Shown piece by piece: positions 1 to 9,683 of a stretch of 37,213 nucleotides of DNA. The position numbers and the translations under genes were made by a program. The stretch spans positions 1 through 37,213 of the forward strand of contig QMWA01000003.1 in NCBI GenBank assembly GCA_003661385.1. The letters are read 5' to 3'. Numbering within the stretch: the first letter of the stretch is position 1; each line of letters opens with the position of its first letter. Under the pieces are notes generated by a model. That model worked only from the letters and a program-made list of their open reading frames with translations, did no database searches and had not been told where the DNA came from. The stretch is from Thermoproteota archaeon (lineage in GTDB: Archaea; Korarchaeota; Korarchaeia; B14-G2).

Positions 1-220
1 TGGAGTGCTTGATATAGAAGGTCCTATGCTAGAGTTCTATAGAAGCCCCTCTGAAATCTCGTGGTTTATCATCTTAAAGATACCTGTACCTGTGTCTGTT
101 ATTCCCAAAGATGACTTCCTACTAGCCTATAGGCTGCTATCAAGCGTAGCGAGAATAGCTGTGAGCACTACCGTAGACGAGGCCAGAGCTATAGGATGTA
201 GGCTTCCAAGGAGCTTCTAA
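1..220 (+). CDS. hypothetical protein, C-terminal fragment (runs off the window start)
   Basis: Frame is open from position 2 to TAA at 218-220 and ends 5 nt from the convergent rps7 stop; no recognisable motif. Confidence 0.5.
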   Translation, partial: GVLDIEGPMLEFYRSPSEISWFIILKIPVPVSVIPKDDFLLAYRLLSSVARIAVSTTVDEARAIGCRLPRSF

Positions 221-225
221 TAGCC

Positions 226-837
226 TCACCTTGCGCTTAGTGCTCTCCTCTCTATTTCCTCTTTGACCTTTATAGCATGGCTTGTATTCCTGTCGTTTCT
301 GGCTGCTGCTATGATTTCTTCAGCTAAAGCCTCTTCTAAAGTCATTGGGCTTCTAAATGCTCTTAAAGCCGCTCCCTGTGTTATGTGCCTGATTGCAAGG
401 TCAACCATTCTTGATGGAGAGACGTCTACGGCCTGGTGGTAGAGTATCCCACCATACATTACTCTAGTTGTCTCTTCTCTTGGAGCTGCGTTCTCTATTG
501 CCCTAACAAGCATCTGAATCGGGTTTTCTCCCGTTCTTAGGTATATCAGCTCAAATGCGTGCTTCACAGTCCTTAAAGCTTTCAGCTTCTTCCCTGGGTT
601 CTTGCTATTAACCCTATCCCTTTTGTTGCCATAGTTTATTGCCTGCCCCATTAGCCTGTTGACTAGCCTCTCAACAATGTTTACCTTAGTTTTCCAGAAC
701 TTCCTATGCTCGTGCCTTCCCTTTGAGTGTGGGAGGTAGACTGGCCTGAGCGATATCACGTTCTTTAAGGCTGGCGACCTGACTTCAACATCCTTGAAAG
801 ACCACTTTCCAAATAGCTTTAGCTCATCTAAGGTCAA
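226..837 (-). CDS. rps7: 30S ribosomal protein uS7
   Basis: [43 protein letters not shown] motifs; directly downstream of uS12. Confidence 0.98.
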   Translation of the reverse strand: MTLDELKLFGKWSFKDVEVRSPALKNVISLRPVYLPHSKGRHEHRKFWKTKVNIVERLVNRLMGQAINYGNKRDRVNSKNPGKKLKALRTVKHAFELIYLRTGENPIQMLVRAIENAAPREETTRVMYGGILYHQAVDVSPSRMVDLAIRHITQGAALRAFRSPMTLEEALAEEIIAAARNDRNTSHAIKVKEEIERRALSAR

Positions 838-838
838 G

Positions 839-1273
839 CTATCTCCTCGGCTTTTCTATCTTACCTATCAGGATGTGATACAGTGAGGCACCATTTACTT
901 TGATTACCTTCCACCTGACTGTTGGAAGGTCTCCCATAGTTCTTCCTTTGCTTCCACCTATGCCCTCTATTACTACCTCATCGTGCTCATCTATCACGTT
1001 AAGGGCCCCATCTCCTGGAGCGAACACCGTTATTATCTTGCCGTTCTTCTTTAGCTGTACTCTAACACATTTCCTGAGCCCTGAGTGAGGCTGCCTGGCT
1101 TCAAGCCCCACCTTCTCTATCACTATTCCAGAGGCCTGTGGTGCCCCTTCTAGGGGGTCATATTTCTTCCTATACCCATACACCCTCCTTCTCCAGTAGT
1201 ATGAGTGCTTCCTCCGCTCTTTACATATTCTCTTTAGGCTCCTAGCTGCGAAGAGCCCTCTAGGCTTCGCCAA
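839..1273 (-). CDS. rps12: 30S ribosomal protein uS12
   Basis: [47 protein letters not shown]-terminal EKPRR. Confidence 0.98.
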   Translation of the reverse strand: MAKPRGLFAARSLKRICKERRKHSYYWRRRVYGYRKKYDPLEGAPQASGIVIEKVGLEARQPHSGLRKCVRVQLKKNGKIITVFAPGDGALNVIDEHDEVVIEGIGGSKGRTMGDLPTVRWKVIKVNGASLYHILIGKIEKPRR

Positions 1274-1297
1274 CTTACCACCTGGCTTGCATCAACT

Positions 1298-1732
1298 TTA
1301 CATTATTTTGATGTGTGCTATCCCTCTGTATATCCTAGCTATCTCCCTGACTCTATTAATGTTTCTTCCCTCTCTACCTATTGCTAATCCTTTGTCTCTC
1401 TCGTCCACTGAGACATAGGCTATCTTCTGTCCTCCCCGCTCTGTTATCTTTATGTAGTTTATCCTAGCTGGGGACAGAAGTTTCCTTATGAATGTCTCAT
1501 CGTCCTTGGCTTCCTCTACGACATCTATGTTATATCCAAGAATTCTCCTGATTTTGTTGATTTTCTGGCCTCTCCTGCCTAGGGCGACTCCCAGCTGGTT
1601 CTCTGCTACGACAAACAGCACCTTCCTCCTCTCTGGGTCTAAGAAGCAGTCCTTTACAGTAGCTCCCGTGAGTGATTCGAATAGTGATATCATCTGGAGC
1701 TCCTCGTTTTCAAGCACTCTCCTACTTTTCAA
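1298..1732 (-). CDS. nusA: archaeal NusA (two KH domains)
   Basis: LFESLTGATVKDC and two GxxG KH motifs (ALGRRGQKI, AIGREGRNI). Start moved from the ORF-track 1780 to TTG at 1732, which follows a GAGGAGG SD. Confidence 0.95.
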   Translation of the reverse strand: MKSRRVLENEELQMISLFESLTGATVKDCFLDPERRKVLFVVAENQLGVALGRRGQKINKIRRILGYNIDVVEEAKDDETFIRKLLSPARINYIKITERGGQKIAYVSVDERDKGLAIGREGRNINRVREIARIYRGIAHIKIM

Positions 1733-2054
1733 TTGTATCCTCCTCCACCATCTTGAGTATTGAGGAGTCACCTTCATCAACTATTGCGAGCGTAGATATC
1801 AGGTGAGGTCTTCCATATGCTCTACCTAACTCGATGCTTGATGATGGATATATAAGTAGTGGCACCTTGAGCAGTCTGGCATAGTATACTATTGTCTTCT
1901 TCTTATCTTCTGGTGTGTTCTCAGCTAGGATCACAGCCTTTATCTTCGGTGTACTCCTCTTAAGTGCTCTGACCACGCTGTTGTATCCAAGCAGAGTTTT
2001 TCCGCTTCTAGCTAAGATCATTAGCTCCTTATCTATAGCAGCTTTCGTCTTCAG
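1722..2054 (-). CDS. rpl30e: 50S ribosomal protein eL30
   Basis: SGKTLLG, VILAEN.P, ELGRAYGRPH, AIVDEGDSSIL; canonical position between rpoA and nusA. First ATG is at 2021; CTG at 2054 is proposed as the start (see findings). Confidence 0.95.
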   Translation of the reverse strand: MKTKAAIDKELMILARSGKTLLGYNSVVRALKRSTPKIKAVILAENTPEDKKKTIVYYARLLKVPLLIYPSSSIELGRAYGRPHLISTLAIVDEGDSSILKMVEEDTIEK

Positions 2055-5000
2055 CTTGGCTCACCCCAGAAAACCTTTACTATGGCTTCTCCGACCTCAG
2101 GTGCTCTGCCTACTATAATGCTTTCCAGCACACCGCCTATCTTATCCCTCTTGCCGCTTACTGCTGCTTTAACTATGTTCTGTACGGTAAGCTCATATGA
2201 TGCATTTGCAAGCACGCCTTTCTCGTATTTGACGACTCCAAGCCTACCCACTTGCAAGAGCTCTCCTCTTCTAGTCATTATGTCAGCTAGAAGCTCTAGG
2301 TGTCTTCGGTCAACTACTATCCCCTGATTACTCAGTACCTTACTTAGCTCCTCTACTAGCAGGTTTCTTCCAGCCTCTATTCCAAACAGGGCTATGACTT
2401 CATGTACGTTACTGGAGTACGTCCTAGTTGTGTCTATCTCCTCTAGCTCAAGCACTTGCTTTAGGACAGCCCCCTCTATGTGTATCACATTCTCTCCATT
2501 CTCCTCTTTCACAACAACCCTCTTAGCTCCAGGTATTCCCTTGACCACCGTGTTCTCTACTTTTATCAGCTTTGCTCTCATTTTAGCCATGCTATCCGCC
2601 TGTATGGTTATGAGTATGCTTTTATCTCCAGTCCTTTCTACGCTCACCTTGGATATCTTAGAGAGAGCTTTCTCCACATCCTCTACTGTGAGGTTGTGCT
2701 CCCTCAGCTTCTCTACATCGAGCACGTACTCCACCTGCATCAGCTCATAGTATATGTTCTCCTCCTCTATGAGGTCTGATAGCTTAGCCTCAAGTATCCT
2801 GTTTGCCACTTCCTGCGCCTTCTTCTTGTCCCTAGCATACTCTCCCTTGAGATAAGCGACTACATATGGGGACTTCGGTGTCTTTACAGCATCTATGAGC
2901 TCAGCTATCCTAGGGAGCCCCATCACAATCGTTATCTCAGGCATACCAGGTGTGTGGAATGTCCTCAGCGTCAGCTGGGTAGCTGGCTCTCCTATGCTCT
3001 CAGCTGACACTATACCTATTGCAGACCCTGGCTCAAGCCTTATCTTATCATATGCTTCAAATACCCTGTCCATGACACCTCTAATGGCTGCCTCGCTTAG
3101 CTCTACCCTCTCTACCTCGTTCTTTACTTGTCGTCTGATCCACTCAGGCACTTCCCTGTATTCATCTATGATCTTCTCTGCTTGCTTACTGCTGATCTTT
3201 TTCTCGTTCTTGTGCTCCTCAGCTTCTTCCCTAACTATCTTATGTACGTTTATTGGGTTTCCATGGAAGTCGAAGCATGGGTCTAGGCCGTCCCCACCAA
3301 ACTTAAACTGGATTATCCTGCCATGTGAGTCCCTTACTGTCCAGTCGTAGTCTACTGTGAGATCCTGAAGCGCGTTCACTATTCTCCTGTATGCGTACCC
3401 GCTTTCTGCTGTTCTAAGGCCCTTGTCGACCAGAGTTTCCCTCCCAGCTATCGCATGAGCGAAGTACTCGCTTGGAGTCAGCCCCTTTCTGTAGCTGCTT
3501 CTTATGAAGCCTCTGGCTTCAGGGTCTGTTGCCCCCCTCCTATAACATGAAAGCGTCCTTCCCTTGTACCCTCTAGATATCCTCTTCCCTTTGATTGACT
3601 GCTGTCCCACCAGAGCCGCCATCTCTGTGAGGAGCACTGGAGAGCCTCTTGCCTTCGTCTTAGCCATCATGTAAAGTGAGTTCCTCATGGTCATCGTGCT
3701 TCTGACAAGCTTCTCAGCTCGAGTCCTCACGCTATTCAGGGTTCTGACTATCTGAAGCTCAGCTGTGTCCTCAAGGCTCATCCCCGGTATGGGCTCAAGC
3801 TCCTCCTTCCTTAGCCTCTCAGCTATTTTAACAGCTTCCCTCCTGCTCTCCTCTATCATCCTCTCTATTTTCGCTATGTGCTCTGATGGCAGCTCTATGT
3901 CCTCTATTCTAAGCGACACCAGGCTATGTGGGGGCTTAAGTGCTGCCTTAAGCAGCTTGCTTAGTATCGCCGACGACTTCTCGCCACCAAGGTCTCTGAT
4001 GAGCTTGTCTAGCAGCGTAAAGTGCTCCTCTGACATGGCGCCTATAGTCCTGCTGTCTAAGACACCCCATAGCAGCTGCCCTCGCTTTATCACGACATAA
4101 GCTTCATATGGGCAGAGTTCCTTCTCACATACCCCTCCTTCCTTATCGCATTTCTCACAGACTGAAGCTCTGTCCTCATGGTCTATGTCTTCTGGGATGA
4201 AGACGCTTACAGCCTGCTTCCCGGTCCACAGCTGGATAGGCTCCAGTATGGCCGGCTCAGGAGGGTCAATAGGCTCTTCTAGTGTGGCTAGTATCCTCCC
4301 CAGCTCAGCCTTCGTTAAGAACCTGTCTTTTCTAGTGAGCTTGTAGAGTGACGTGATGTAGTCCTGCCTTGGTCCTACTATTGCTCCACCGAACCTAGGT
4401 GAGAGCATGTTGTTCTTCACGTTAAGTATCTCACTAACCTCAACCCTGGCGCCAAACAGCTGTGGAGCGTGTACGTTCATTTCGTCACCGTCGAAGTCAG
4501 CATTGTATGGCGGGCACACAGCAGGGTGTAATGTAAAGGAGTTGTATGGCAGTACCCTAACCCTATGTCCAAGTATTGAGAGCCTATGCAGAGACGGATG
4601 TCTATTGAATATCACTGGATCCCCGTCTCTGAGGTGCCTTTCGACTACGTACCCTGGCTCAAGCTCCTCTATCAGCCTATCCTTGTTCATGGAGCTTATC
4701 TTCACTCTATCTCCAGTAGGCCTTATTACGTAGTTTGCGCCAGGGTGTTCGTCTGCCCCCCGCTTAACGAGCTCCTTTACCTCCTCTATGTTAGACTCGG
4801 TGACGTGCACTGGTATAGTTAGTACTTTAGCTATTGAGATGGGTACTCCGACCTCATCCAAGTCTATCATGGTGTCTGGGGTTATCACGGTTCTAGATGA
4901 GTAATTTACCCTCTTTCCAACCAGGTTAAGCCTAAACCTCCCTGTTTTGCCCTGCCACCTATCCATCAGAGCCTTAAGGGGCCTTTTCGTCCTGTGTACG

Positions 5001-5857
5001 GCGAGTGGTATGCCCATGCCCGTGTTCCTGTACAATGTTCCCACGTTTATCTCAAGCATATACATATGATCTTCTACGGTTGAAGCTGGTGCGCCTCCTT
5101 GTATGGCCTCTTTTAGTGATATGTTAGCTCTCAGGATGTCTACTAGCTTGTGTGTCAGATCATCTTCTGACTTTTCACCAGTTTCCAGCGTTATAGATGG
5201 CCTTATCGTTATCGGTGGGACTAGTATTACAGTCAGCACGGTGTTCTCAGGCCTGGAGTTCTTGGGGTCGAAGCCGACTAAGATGCAGTCTTCATCCCTT
5301 ATGTCTTCTAGCCAAGCTCTTATGTCGTTTGGCCAGAGCCTTGTTGTCTCATCTTCTAGGTAGAATGTGAGTGGGGGTGTGAACTTGATCTTCTTGACTG
5401 GTGTTCCACAGTGAGGGCATTCCTTCACCTTTCTAGTCCTGTTATATACTATTTTAGCGACTTCAAGTGGTGTCTTCTTCCCCTCTTTCACTAGCTTCCT
5501 CAGCCTTTCACACTCTTCCTTAGGCAGTAGAACTCTCTTGCATTTCATGCAGGTTGAGGCTAGAGCCTGGTAGATGTACTTGGTGAACGCTATGTGTAGG
5601 ACAGGCCTAGCTAGCTCTATGACGCCAAAGTGCCCTGGGCACTTCTTTAGAGTGTTTCCACACGTTTGACAGACTTCTCCAGGCTCTATTACCCCCATTC
5701 TCGGGTCTAATGGCCCCCCTCTTACTGGCCTCCCATCTTCATCGTATATCTGTGGGGTGCTAAGCTTTACCTTCCCTATCTTCCTGATTTCTTCAGGTGA
5801 AAGTATGCCGAACTCGACCTCATCTATGACGAAGAGCTTTCCCTCACCACTAGACAA
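2051..5857 (-). CDS. rpoA: DNA-directed RNA polymerase largest subunit Rpo1, A' and A'' fused
   Basis: CQTCG..CPGHFG Zn site, catalytic YNADFDGDEMN, bridge helix, and A''-type SIGEPATQLTLRTFH and VDRRHLELLADIMT, all in one 1268-aa ORF. Confidence 0.98.
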   Translation of the reverse strand: MSSGEGKLFVIDEVEFGILSPEEIRKIGKVKLSTPQIYDEDGRPVRGGPLDPRMGVIEPGEVCQTCGNTLKKCPGHFGVIELARPVLHIAFTKYIYQALASTCMKCKRVLLPKEECERLRKLVKEGKKTPLEVAKIVYNRTRKVKECPHCGTPVKKIKFTPPLTFYLEDETTRLWPNDIRAWLEDIRDEDCILVGFDPKNSRPENTVLTVILVPPITIRPSITLETGEKSEDDLTHKLVDILRANISLKEAIQGGAPASTVEDHMYMLEINVGTLYRNTGMGIPLAVHRTKRPLKALMDRWQGKTGRFRLNLVGKRVNYSSRTVITPDTMIDLDEVGVPISIAKVLTIPVHVTESNIEEVKELVKRGADEHPGANYVIRPTGDRVKISSMNKDRLIEELEPGYVVERHLRDGDPVIFNRHPSLHRLSILGHRVRVLPYNSFTLHPAVCPPYNADFDGDEMNVHAPQLFGARVEVSEILNVKNNMLSPRFGGAIVGPRQDYITSLYKLTRKDRFLTKAELGRILATLEEPIDPPEPAILEPIQLWTGKQAVSVFIPEDIDHEDRASVCEKCDKEGGVCEKELCPYEAYVVIKRGQLLWGVLDSRTIGAMSEEHFTLLDKLIRDLGGEKSSAILSKLLKAALKPPHSLVSLRIEDIELPSEHIAKIERMIEESRREAVKIAERLRKEELEPIPGMSLEDTAELQIVRTLNSVRTRAEKLVRSTMTMRNSLYMMAKTKARGSPVLLTEMAALVGQQSIKGKRISRGYKGRTLSCYRRGATDPEARGFIRSSYRKGLTPSEYFAHAIAGRETLVDKGLRTAESGYAYRRIVNALQDLTVDYDWTVRDSHGRIIQFKFGGDGLDPCFDFHGNPINVHKIVREEAEEHKNEKKISSKQAEKIIDEYREVPEWIRRQVKNEVERVELSEAAIRGVMDRVFEAYDKIRLEPGSAIGIVSAESIGEPATQLTLRTFHTPGMPEITIVMGLPRIAELIDAVKTPKSPYVVAYLKGEYARDKKKAQEVANRILEAKLSDLIEEENIYYELMQVEYVLDVEKLREHNLTVEDVEKALSKISKVSVERTGDKSILITIQADSMAKMRAKLIKVENTVVKGIPGAKRVVVKEENGENVIHIEGAVLKQVLELEEIDTTRTYSSNVHEVIALFGIEAGRNLLVEELSKVLSNQGIVVDRRHLELLADIMTRRGELLQVGRLGVVKYEKGVLANASYELTVQNIVKAAVSGKRDKIGGVLESIIVGRAPEVGEAIVKVFWGEPS

Positions 5858-8800
5858 CTTCAGACGCCTCCTTAAGCTTTAACCTAGGCCTTATACCAGC
5901 TGATATAAGCTCCCTAAGGAACAGGAAGAACGCGTATCCTGTCGACACAGGGACGACATCACCTTTATCGCCACATAATATGCACACGAAGTCGTCTCTG
6001 AACTTGTCATAGTACCCCAGCAGCCCACACTTCCTGCACACGTATATCACTGTCTTGTCGGAGCATTCTATTAGTCTGTCGTAGGCTAGCATAGCTCCAC
6101 CATGTCCTACTATAGCCTCCTTCTCCATCTCACCTACTCTCAGCCCTCCCTCTCTAGACCTGCCTTCTGGTGGCTGCCTAGTCAGCACATCTACTGGCCC
6201 TCTGGCTCTAGCATGTATTTTGTCTCTTACCATGTGGTGTAGCTTCTGGTAGAAGCCTACTCCTATGAATATCTCTGTCTCAATAATCTCACCGGTTCTC
6301 CCATCATACATTACCTCAGTCCCACCTGGCTCAAATCCTAGCTCAAGTAGGGCTTTCTTGAGGTCATCTACAGGCCTGCCCATGAATGGAGTTCCATCCA
6401 CTATGCTACCTTCTAAAGCCCCGACTTTTCCAGCTAACAGCTCTATAAGCTGGCCTATCGTCATCCTAGATGCTATAGCATGGGGATTGAGTATTATGTC
6501 AGGTGTTATGCCATCTTCTGTGAATGGCATGTCCTCCTGTGGGTATATCATGCCCACAACTCCCTTCTGTCCGTGCCTGGTTGCAAACTTGTCCCCTAGC
6601 TCAGGGATCCTAATGTCTCTGACTACTACTCTAGCTGCTCTATACCCGTTTTCGTTCTCGTATAGCGTTGCTAGCGTAACTATCCCAGACTCACCATGTC
6701 TCACCTCAACAGAGGTATCTCTTCTCTCAAGCACAGGCCTCCTCCTGTACTCCAAGTACTCTCCGATAAACCTCGGTGGACTTGTCTTTCCTATCAGTAT
6801 ATCTCCTCCAGACACTCTTTGCTCAACCTCAGCTATCCCGTCATCACCTAAGCTTGAGTATGCCTCTGATATCCTTGTTCCTCTTGTGCTCTTTGGATCT
6901 GGTATCTCAAACCTGTCCTCTAATCCTCCTCTATACCTCTTCTCAACATCTGAGTATATTCTGAAGAATGTCGACCTCCCCATTCCTCTGTCTACGGCTC
7001 CTCTGTTCAGTATGACAGCGTCCTCCATGTTGTATCCTTCGAATGCGATCAAGGCTACGACCAAGTTCTGTCCTGCTGGCCTCCTTGGGTAGCCTATTAT
7101 CCTAGCTCCCACCGTCTCTACTATAGGCCTCTGAGGATAGTACAGGATATGGAACCTGGAGTCTGATCTCATTATCCAGTTTGCAGCATGAAGACCTAGT
7201 GCTTGTCTTGTCATGTTCGCTCCCATGACGTTTCTTGTTGCATTGTTGTGCTCTGCATATGGTATCATGTTTGCACAGAGCCCAAACTGGGAGAATGGCG
7301 CCAAGTCTAGATGCGTATGCTCTGGAGTCAGCTGGTCAAATGTGGTCGCTACGAGCAGGTCTTCTTCCTCCTCTGCGTCTATGAACTCTATTATCCCCTC
7401 CTTGACTAGCTTGCTAAATGTTATAGCGCCTTTCCTAAGTAAGTGTATCTTCCTCTCAAGCTCATGCAGCTTCTTGACAGGTATCAAAGGCCTTCTGACT
7501 CTCCCCCCGTCAACATTGATTGAGACCACTTTTTCATCTTTCCTATACGAGACGTTCATCTGTAGCGAGATTACTGCTCTGTTCTCTCTTAGCTCCCTTA
7601 CAAGGTATTCTGGATCATCTGTGACGCCTATAGGAGCTCCATTAACCATAACTACTGTCTTGGATCCAAACTCCCTGGGCTCAACCTGCTCTATAGGCTT
7701 TACCCCAAGCCTATAGCACTCTTGGATGACTCTGCTTGGGTCCTCATCGCTTGTTATCTCCGCGAATATCGCTAGGTTCTTTACTAGCCCACAATTCACT
7801 CCCTCTGGGGTCTCGACGCTACAAAGCCTGCCATAGCTAGATGGGTGAAGTTCTCTGGCCTCAAAGTGCGCATAGGCGGTGGTGAGCGGGGAAACTACTC
7901 TCCTCATATGGGATAGCGTTGATATTATGTTTGTCCTATCTAGCAGCTGTGATACTCCAGTCTCTCCTCTACCCCAGTTTCCTGTTGCCATTGGCGTGAG
8001 GAATCCCTGCTCTATGTAGTCGGTTTGTATGCAGGTTTTGAGCTTAACTTCCTTTAAGTCTGCTGCTCCCGATGCTAGTCTCTCCCTTATGTGAGCCTCC
8101 ATTCTTCTAGCCATCCTGGTGAACGACCTTCTGAATAGCTCTTGGAGTAGGTCTCCCGCCAGCCTAACCCGCTTGTTAGCATAGTGATCTAGGTCATCTG
8201 GCGGAACTATGCCAAGCCCTACCTTAACCAGTTTTTCTATCATCTTAGCCAGCAGGTATGCTTTCTTTAAGCCGTCTTGGGGTGTTGTCCCTACATGTGG
8301 CAGGAACTCCCTCTGCAGCATGGACTCTGTTCTCTGGATTCTATCCTGCTTCGGAAGCCCTGTAAACACCCTCCTACCTATGTAGTCGAGTGCAGCTTCT
8401 CTGCTGGTAAGCGAGCTTACCTCCTCTATTGCAGGGTATATCTCTGTTCTCACGTTTTCCTCAGAGGATATGGCATCTATTATGTCTCTGTCCCTCACGA
8501 GGCCTAAAGCCTTTATCAGGGCTATAGCAGGTATTTTTGCTGTGGTCCTAGGTATGCTAGCTGTCACGGTGCCATCTTTATTCAGCTCTAAAGCGAAGTA
8601 TGACCTTATGCCCGCCTTTCTGGAGTATATCTTTCCTCTAGCTACTACCCTGCCCTCCTTCTCCCTTTCGACTACAAACTGGTTTACAGCAAGCTCCTCT
8701 CTGGGGACTATAACTCGCTCCCCACCATGTATGATAAAGTAGCCACCTGGGTCAAATGGATCTTCTCCAAGCTTAATAAGCTCATCTTGACCCTTACCTG

Positions 8801-9194
8801 AGAGAACGCACTTAGAGGACTTCACCATGATCGGTATTATTCCTATCCTATGCTTCTCAACCTTCTCTTCTATCCCATCGATGTATATGTGCATATAGAG
8901 GTAAAGTGGCGCAGCGTAAGTCAGGTCACGAAGCCTGCATTCAGATGGAGGAACCCCCTCATAAGGCCTTCCTCCCTCTGGCTCGATTATCTCAGGCTTC
9001 CCAACCTCTATCTTACCGAAGACAACTTTATTCCTCTTGTCGATCTCTATCTCATGAACCTCATCAACGACTTCCTGCAGCCCCCTATCTATCAGCCAGT
9101 TATACGACCTTATGTGGAACTCTACAAGAGATCTCTCCTTAAAGTAGCTTTCAGCCAGAAGTTTAATATCCTCTTTCGTTAGAACCATCCTCAC
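5850..9194 (-). CDS. rpoB: DNA-directed RNA polymerase subunit Rpo2 (B, unsplit)
   Basis: DPGGYFII.G.ERV, ETPEG.NCGLVKN, GYNMEDA, GDKFATRHGQKG, GGLR.GEME, C-terminal Zn finger. Confidence 0.98.
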   Translation of the reverse strand: MRMVLTKEDIKLLAESYFKERSLVEFHIRSYNWLIDRGLQEVVDEVHEIEIDKRNKVVFGKIEVGKPEIIEPEGGRPYEGVPPSECRLRDLTYAAPLYLYMHIYIDGIEEKVEKHRIGIIPIMVKSSKCVLSGKGQDELIKLGEDPFDPGGYFIIHGGERVIVPREELAVNQFVVEREKEGRVVARGKIYSRKAGIRSYFALELNKDGTVTASIPRTTAKIPAIALIKALGLVRDRDIIDAISSEENVRTEIYPAIEEVSSLTSREAALDYIGRRVFTGLPKQDRIQRTESMLQREFLPHVGTTPQDGLKKAYLLAKMIEKLVKVGLGIVPPDDLDHYANKRVRLAGDLLQELFRRSFTRMARRMEAHIRERLASGAADLKEVKLKTCIQTDYIEQGFLTPMATGNWGRGETGVSQLLDRTNIISTLSHMRRVVSPLTTAYAHFEARELHPSSYGRLCSVETPEGVNCGLVKNLAIFAEITSDEDPSRVIQECYRLGVKPIEQVEPREFGSKTVVMVNGAPIGVTDDPEYLVRELRENRAVISLQMNVSYRKDEKVVSINVDGGRVRRPLIPVKKLHELERKIHLLRKGAITFSKLVKEGIIEFIDAEEEEDLLVATTFDQLTPEHTHLDLAPFSQFGLCANMIPYAEHNNATRNVMGANMTRQALGLHAANWIMRSDSRFHILYYPQRPIVETVGARIIGYPRRPAGQNLVVALIAFEGYNMEDAVILNRGAVDRGMGRSTFFRIYSDVEKRYRGGLEDRFEIPDPKSTRGTRISEAYSSLGDDGIAEVEQRVSGGDILIGKTSPPRFIGEYLEYRRRPVLERRDTSVEVRHGESGIVTLATLYENENGYRAARVVVRDIRIPELGDKFATRHGQKGVVGMIYPQEDMPFTEDGITPDIILNPHAIASRMTIGQLIELLAGKVGALEGSIVDGTPFMGRPVDDLKKALLELGFEPGGTEVMYDGRTGEIIETEIFIGVGFYQKLHHMVRDKIHARARGPVDVLTRQPPEGRSREGGLRVGEMEKEAIVGHGGAMLAYDRLIECSDKTVIYVCRKCGLLGYYDKFRDDFVCILCGDKGDVVPVSTGYAFFLFLRELISAGIRPRLKLKEASEVV

Positions 9195-9424
9195 ACCCCT
9201 GCTTCAACTACTACACGGTAGTATTTCCCTCCTCTCTCGCGTCCAAACTCGATCACGTCACCTGGCTTAGCTCCAAGAGCTTTCACAACAGGGTCTGTTG
9301 ACAGTATGGTTGGGAACAGGCTGATATCCCCATACTCCTCAACTAGCTTCCTCTTCTCCTCCTCAGTGATCTTCCTATAGGGAGGTAGAAGCCTATGCAT
9401 AAGCTTGCGAGACCCAGCCCCCAT
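9191..9424 (-). CDS. rpoH: DNA-directed RNA polymerase subunit Rpo5 (H)
   Basis: P.I..TDPVVKALGAKPGDVI...R, YYRVV; first gene of the rpo operon. Confidence 0.93.
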   Translation of the reverse strand: MGAGSRKLMHRLLPPYRKITEEEKRKLVEEYGDISLFPTILSTDPVVKALGAKPGDVIEFGRERGGKYYRVVVEAGV

Positions 9425-9454
9425 TCTACCTACATCCCCTCACGGAGAAGAGAG

Positions 9455-9470
9455 TATTTAAACAGTTTTG
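9455..9470 (-). promoter_or_regulatory. BRE/TATA promoter of the rpo operon
   Basis: Minus strand reads CAAAACTG-TTTAAATA, about 30 nt before the rpoH start. Confidence 0.6.
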
Positions 9471-9552
9471 ATAGCACCATAATTTAAATGTTGACATAAT
9501 GCAGGTATCGGAACTTATCATGGTACCCTTCATAAACGTTATAACTCACCGG

Positions 9553-9560
9553 TTAAATAA
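9553..9560 (+). promoter_or_regulatory. TATA box of tRNA-Arg
   Basis: TTAAATAA, 24 nt upstream of the tRNA 5' end. Confidence 0.55.
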
Positions 9561-9584
9561 AAGTCTAGGTACATCCTGCTAGAT

Positions 9585-9658
9585 GGCCCCGTAGCCTAGC
9601 TCGGATAGGGTGCAGGCCTTCGGAGCCTGTGGCGTGGGTTCAAATCCCACCGGGGCCG
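9585..9658 (+). tRNA. tRNA-Arg (anticodon UCG), no intron, CCA not encoded
   Basis: Acceptor GGCCCCG/CGGGGCC, anticodon arm CAGGC-CTTCGGA-GCCTG, T arm GTGGG-TTCAAAT-CCCAC, discriminator G. Confidence 0.96.
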
Positions 9659-9683
9659 CTAAAGCCAGCTGGGGTGTGCTATC

